Under the pieces are notes generated by a model, which did not search any database, was not told where the DNA came from, and saw only the letters and a list, made by a program, of their open reading frames with translations. Below, in pieces: positions 57,690-64,000 of a stretch of DNA of 64,000 bases. Every line of letters starts with the position of its first letter. Position 1 is the stretch's first letter. Source of the DNA: Cycas panzhihuaensis (taxonomy: Eukaryota; Plantae; Cycadophyta); contig CM041465.1 in NCBI GenBank assembly GCA_023213395.1, positions 225,377,741 to 225,441,740 of the forward strand, given 5' to 3'. Made by a program: the position numbers and the translations under genes.

Positions 57690-60480
57690 GGGGGAGGGAG
57701 CTTAAACTCCAAAAGATCATTATTGCTACATAGGAGGAACATAAATTTGTCACCATGGGTGACTATTAGGACCACAAGATAATGAATAGGGCAACAACAA
57801 TCTTTGTAGAATACAAGGATGTCTTTGCATAGTCCTATAAAGTCCTGAAAGGGATTCCCCCTGAGTTGGGAGAACACAAAATTAAGTTGATTAAAAATGC
57901 ACATAAGACAACATCCATATAGAATGAATCTAAAGTATAAAGAACAAGTTAAAGCTGATTTGGATAAAATGCTATTAGCCAAATACGTTTTTGAAGTGGA
58001 AAATAACGAATAGGTTAGCCTAGTAGTGACGGTACCTAAAAAGAATGGGAAATGAAGGGTCTCATGGATTATAGAGCACTCAACAAAATCATGAAATGTG
58101 ACCCATTTCCTACACCTTTCATGGAAGATGTTTTGGAAAAGGCATTAGGACATGAAGTATTCTCATTCACTAATGGTTTTAATGAATATAATCAAGTCCA
58201 CATTACTTGAAAAGGCTAATTGAAAATCACTTTCATCATGGTGTGGGGAACATATGCATATAAAGTAATACCATTCAGTTTGATAAATGCACCAACTACC
58301 TTTCAGTAGGTGATTCTAAATATATTCTATCAAATTATAGGAAAAACTATTAAAGTTTTTCTAGATGATTGGATGTGATATACTTTGTTAAAAAATTATT
58401 TGAGTAATTTGAAATTAATATTTAAAATTTTCAGATGAAGTAATCTATATTTAAATCCTAAAAAATATATCTTCATGGTACCATTTGGCTCATTGCTCAA
58501 ATGTCTTATAACAAGGGAGAGACTTCTCATAGACCCAGCCAAGGTTACAATAATCTTAAACTTTCTAGTACTAAAGACAATAAAGGATTGGAAAGGATTT
58601 TTGGGTATGACAGGATATTACCATAAGTTCATTCATGGATATGCCCATATTGTCAATACTTTGGAAGCTTTTCTGAAGAAATAAGTAGCATAAGTATAGA
58701 CACTAAAGCAATAGTTGGCATTCAACTTTTAAAAAAAGAAAGTGGCACAAGTGCCAGTTCTATGATTTTCTAATTAGGATAAGCCTTTCCACATCCATGT
58801 AGATGTATCATCACATGCTATTGGTTACATATTGGCTTAACCTAAAGAGGAAAATATTGATCTTCTATTATACTTTACTAGTAAGAAACTCACATAGGCA
58901 TAACAAAATTATTCTTTTACTAAATGAGAGGGTTGGAAATGGTTTATGCTTTATAGAAGTTTAGGAATTACCTATTAGCTAACCCTTTTGTATTTTTTGT
59001 AGGCTACCAGGCACTCCAATACTTAATCAATAAACCTATATTATATGGAAGAATCAATCATTGGTTGATGTTATTCTAGGAAATTATATTCAAGATCATT
59101 ATGAAGAAGGGAGAGAAACATATTGTTTTCGATCAACTTTTAAGAATTGAAGAAAGGAAAAAGGCATTAGGAATAATAGATGACTTTCCCGACCATAAGT
59201 TATTTACAATCAAAGTAGTGCCATCTTGGTATGAAGGAATTGTAGAATACATGACTATAGGGCAAGCACTAATTGGGATAGATCAAGCATAATAAGGAAG
59301 TTTTATAAAAAAAAACTTTTTTTTTTTTTAATTAATATATGGTACACTCTATAAATTAAGGCCAAATAAATTCTTGCATAGATGCATTTTAGAGAATGAG
59401 GTGCAGGTTATTTTAAGACAAGCTCATGAAAGCATAGCATCTAGTCACCATGGAAGTAAGAGTATCACCAAGAAAATTCTATTAAGAGGCATGTAGTGGC
59501 CTACATTATTTGAGGATGTTGATAAATGGGCCAAGTCTTATGATATTTGCTAATGGACAAGTAAGCATTCAAAATAATTTTTTTTACTTTTGCACCTAAT
59601 TCTGGCCAGAGCTCCATTTGAATAATGGGGTTTAGACTTTATTGGTCTAATTACTATAGTAACCTACAAAACTAATGCTAGGTATGTCCTAGTAGCCATA
59701 GATTTTATGACTATGTGGACTGAAGCCAAGCCAATCCAATAGTGTAACACAAGAAGCATTGCCAAATTTTTATATGAGGTCATCATTGTGCATTTTGGAT
59801 GCCCATTAGAGATAGTCTCTAACCAAGGAAGTAGTTTTCTAAACTAGATAGTCAAACACCTAATAACTAAATTTATGATCTAATATCAAAAATCCTCTCC
59901 ATATTATCTAAGAACTAATGGTCAAGTAGAGAGCACAAATAAAATTTTAAAAATCACTTTGATAGAAATTTGTAATGCAAGAAGGATCGATTGGGCAAAG
60001 AGACTACATTAAGTCCTTTGGGATGATATAATAATAAGAAAAAGACCATATAAACATATGCCTTTCTAATTAGTATATGGCTTAGAAGCCATGGTCCCGT
60101 TGGAATTCTAAGCAAAGAGTGTTAAGAGTAGCTAATTAGCTATGTTTAGGAGAAGAAGGATCTAATGACTAGTGTCTTATTCAACTAATGAAACTAAATG
60201 AAGGATGCACTAGTGTAATATGGGAATTGGAAGTTGAGAAGGTAAGGAGAAAAGCTTGGCATGATAGGTATTTGTAGGTATCACAGTACCAAGTTAGCAA
60301 TATGGTTCTACTATATGATATTGAATTCTAAATTAAACCTAGAAAATAAAATTATGATGGCTTGGACCCTTTAAGGTGAATTATATTAGAACAAATAGAG
60401 CTATGTGACTAGAGTAATTAGATGGTATGATATTGATCAAATTAGTTAATGGTAACAGGTTGAAGTAGTATATGTGTTAT
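57690..60480 (+). pseudogene. pol: Gypsy pol remnant (RT, RNase H, integrase)
   Basis: EYKDVFA*SYKVLKGIPPELGEH, VPKKNGK, DYRALNK, FLDDW, GFLGMTGYY, FHIHVDVS, GLDFIG, HFGCPLEIVSNQG, NGQVESTNK, LGPFKV. Confidence 0.92.
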
Positions 60481-60986
60481 AAAACGAAGAAGAAGAGAAT
60501 GCAAACTAATGGATATAATTGCTTTCTCATGGTAATAACGTAATTTGATAGGATATGATCACAATCAAACTATTGATTTTGGTCAAAGAAGGAAGTTATC
60601 AACAAAATCCTATTGATTAAAATCAAAGTAGTAAATAGAATGATAATAAAGATTCTGTAATGAGGCATCAATTAAAGTGTATGATTAGTATTGGCATGAT
60701 TACGATATAGTATTAAAAACTATGATGGGCAAAAATTATATCATCATCATAACTTAGTGATCACAATCAACCATGTGACAAGGTGACAAAAGCTGTTAAT
60801 CATAACAACAAGTGCCAAATCACATCACCACCACACGAAACATTATAATTTCTTATCTCAAAATTAATAAATTCATCTCCCTTCTCTTTAGAAGGTAAGA
60901 ACAACTCTAGTTTGCAAAGTATTGACGCTGGAAGGTGCTTTATGATCAACAGGAATGAAAAGCAAGCAATAAATTCAGTAAGTAGG

Positions 60987-62760
60987 ATGGCAGATAAAGA
61001 AGATGTCTCCATATCAACATTAACTTTTGCAAAACCAACAATGCCAAAATCCATACATAATAGGTGAACATGAAGTTTAATGACCCCCTATAAGAAAGTA
61101 TTAATAGACATAGGGTTTTCTAAGTATATTATGGTAGGCATAGTTCTAATGGTATTTAATTTTTTATTTATGATAATAATGATTGTAGCTATATGCCCTT
61201 CCATTTTAGACTACTCTATAAGAGAAATTGCAAAGTTAATAGGTCAACCAGATGAAGGACATGATATTTTATAAGATAAGCAGATTCTGCAAAGGCAAGT
61301 AGCTAAGGAAATTGAATTAAATGTAATGGACATTTCTAGCTTTGGGATTATCATTTCAAGAATTCATTCTAAGGAGCATAAGTGGATTGATCATTTTTTC
61401 CTCAAAAGAGTTATCCTGAGCCAAAAGAATCTATTTGTACCAACTAATCTCTACTTGATATTACTACAAGTTATGAAAGGCATATAATTTAATTGGGTTG
61501 GCTTTATTTCTAAAAAACTCCAAAAAAATTAGGAGAGAGAAAAAATGTGGGATAATAACGTTCTTTCATTCAATATTATTTCAAGGTCTAGTATTTTTAT
61601 AATATCCAGATGTTCATCTACTAAGCCTTGAGAATGACCAAGCCCCATTGGAAAATTAGATCAAGATTTTTGGCAAGGACAATGCTCAAGATCCCTTATT
61701 AATTAATGCACAAGAATAGGTGAAGACTTGGCTACTATAGCAATGTCAGAAAGTGACTCAAGATTCATCACTAATTAAGATAATAATTGCCGAGAAAGAG
61801 GAAAGATTGCAAGAAGAGGCATCCTTGTACATCAAGACAAGACAATAACAAGAAGAAAGGAGAAAGGAAGAAAATAATAAAGAAGAACATAAAAGAGAAC
61901 ATATTAAAATACAAAAACGAAAAATGGAACCTGAGTTATAGACTATTATGGAGGAGGAAATACAACCATAACCTACATTGGTATAAATAAATATTGAGCT
62001 AATGGAGTTAGAACATAATCGGCAATAGCATAGGAAATTAGCAATAGAAAAGTGGAGATGGGAGATTATTAAGTACATTAATTAATAACCTATAAAGTTT
62101 GAGTACTGCTTGGATGAGTAGATTTTGGAAGAAGGTTTAGACCCAATGGTTTATGATCTATATGATGTTTCGTAATGGAAAACATCCTTCTTGGGATAGA
62201 TGACCTAACAACTAGTTATAAAGCTAGAGGAATGTTCATGGAGATTACTACCAAACTTGCAATAGATTACTTAATTGGAGGAAAAACTATAAGCAGTTAA
62301 AGGAAAGTTATAATTTTTGAAAAAAATTATTATTAATTAGGTGGATGACATTAGTGAAGTAACCCCCCCATTGAATAAATTTAAGGATCACTTTGGTTAG
62401 TAAATCCCCACAAATTTACAAGATGCAGTGTATAAATTAGGGGCTTGGATATTGAAAAGTGAGGAAGAATCCAAATAATGTAGCAAAGCATGGAGTCAAA
62501 ATCGTACCTATAAATCTGAGCTACAAACCATATAGAATATTAATTAAGAATTATACATGGAAATAACATAGCTATAATCGAGAGTGTCACCCAATATGAG
62601 ACAACTAGATACACTCCATGACATTGTGATTCTATGTGATTACATCAAGTCTAAAGGGTTGCCACTTCCTCCTACTATTGTACAGCCAGATCCTTTGTAC
62701 ATTAAGTGAGAAGTAGCTAGATTAAAGGAAGCTTGAAAGGTGTAAGAAAATGTTAGACAA
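60987..62760 (+). pseudogene. Gypsy accessory 3' ORF (PMD-like N-terminus, charged coiled-coil C-terminus)
   Basis: ATG at 60987 is in frame with ORF 61080-61274. Motifs YKKVLIDIGFSKYIMV, ILDYSIREIAKLIGQPDEG and NWVGFISKKL. K/E/R-rich stretch at ~61780-62080. Lies between the integrase and the PPT. Confidence 0.65.
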
Positions 62761-63144
62761 TAAGGCTAAAGCTCATGCCATTCATAGTTTCATATTTTAG
62801 GGAAGTAAGCGTTGGTGGAATTTTGAAATTTTAAAATTTTAAAACAAGTGAGGACACTCAGTTTTATGATAGGGGTGTATATATAGGAGATAAGTCACAA
62901 AATAATTAGGGGTTCTTTGAAGATAAAATAGAGTATAATTCTAGTTTTAAAGTATAAATTAAGTATGACCAAGTACAATTAGATATGACCAAGTACTAGT
63001 TGAAGTATAATTAAGTGTGACTAGGTATAACTAGGTGTGACTAAGAGCAACCAAAAACATGATCAGGTACAACTATGTGTGACTAAGAGTGACTAGAAGT
63101 ATGGCCAAATATAATTAAGTACAATCTAAAGTACGATTAGGTAT

Positions 63145-64000
63145 TGAAGGAGTTGAAACAAGATGCTTTGATACCAAATGAAGGATATGAAACATGGAGA
63201 TAGAGTAGAGCATCAATCAAATAATCAATTAATTGTCAATGTATGAGCATAACCAAATATTACATTCAATCCATTGTATGAGAGCATGTACAAATTTCCC
63301 AATAAAGGTAGTGTCTAAAGACACCAGAGTTTGTCACCCCAGTAAATATATAATTTGAGGGAGGAGGGAAACCTCCTCAACCTCCAAAATTTAAAATACA
63401 TTAAAATAATGCTTAACTAAGGTAACATTTAACCTTACCTTACTTACCTTCACATGTGTGCACTCACATGTGTAAATGGTAGGAGTGGGGTGATGAACAT
63501 TAACCCCAATATTCTCCCCCTTAATGGTCATCACAAATATCTTCATTTTTCCTTAAACTTGTGGTACATATATTTGAGGTAGACTTTGAATGAGTACTTG
63601 ACCAAATATCCTGTTGCTTTGTCTTTATCTTCATGCATCTTTGTTCTTATATAGTGGGTTCTTTTAACATGGTTTTGTTCAAATGATCTCCAAGTGTGAT
63701 TTGTTTCAAATGGAGAAGAGTACCTACATCTTGTACTTTATCTTCTTGATTCTTTGTTTTATGAGTAGTGATCATATAAAAGGTACATATATCTTTATAT
63801 GCATCAAGGTGATTATTCATTTGAGTTGAGTCTTCTACATTAGTCTTTTTAACACAAAAAAACTACTCTGACATCTGTCTCACATGTACAACATCATCAT
63901 AGTTAAACTCATTCACATTGAGGGTTTCTCCCCCATAAATGGATTCTAGTGTATTCCAAATGGATTTTGATGTAGTTAATTTGCTAACATGAATGAATAC
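63145..64000 (-). mobile_element. Second gag-only (TR-GAG-like) relative running off the window (LTR 63179-63511)
   Basis: The LTR resembles the reverse complement of 44971-45315. PPT reverse complement ctccccctt at ~63514-63522. Interior TSKSIWNTLESIYGG is homologous to 47355-47830 and leads straight into the PPT with no pol. Confidence 0.85.

Larger units (their letters stand above)
53070..63144 (+). mobile_element. Near full-length non-chromovirus Ty3/Gypsy element (5' LTR ~53070-53780; 3' LTR from 62880, interrupted at 63145)
   Basis: LTR starts align (tgtgtgggagataagtcacaaaataattaggg vs tatataggagataagtcacaaaataattaggg). PPT gataggggtg at 62868-62877. Order is gag, RT, RNase H, INT, then an extra 3' ORF. 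Confidence 0.9.

Overview
AT-rich (roughly 30% GC by eye) plant nuclear DNA consisting almost entirely of decayed, nested retrotransposons. I found no host gene, rRNA, tRNA or CRISPR array. The window holds five LINE (L1-clade) copies of two families, one family carrying RNase H. It also holds two Ty1/Copia remnants, four Ty3/Gypsy remnants (one near full length), several non-autonomous LTR elements (two gag-only, one with no clear coding region, two older degraded ones), two copies of a ~312-bp TRIM with 81-bp LTRs, and a 4.45-kb interrupted (TA)n array inside a LINE coding region. All coding regions are pseudogenised, mostly by C>T/G>A transitions, including in non-CG contexts. That pattern suggests a large, heavily methylated genome, possibly a gymnosperm (inference). 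The best leads are: (1) a Gypsy element with an apparent second capsid-like domain and no visible protease; (2) a PMD-like plus coiled-coil accessory ORF shared by two diverged Gypsy elements; (3) LTR ends extended through the PBS to a cryptic terminus; (4) the transition-only decay signature. Coordinates were read by eye: LTR and TSD boundaries are usually base-precise, while domain boundaries are approximate.
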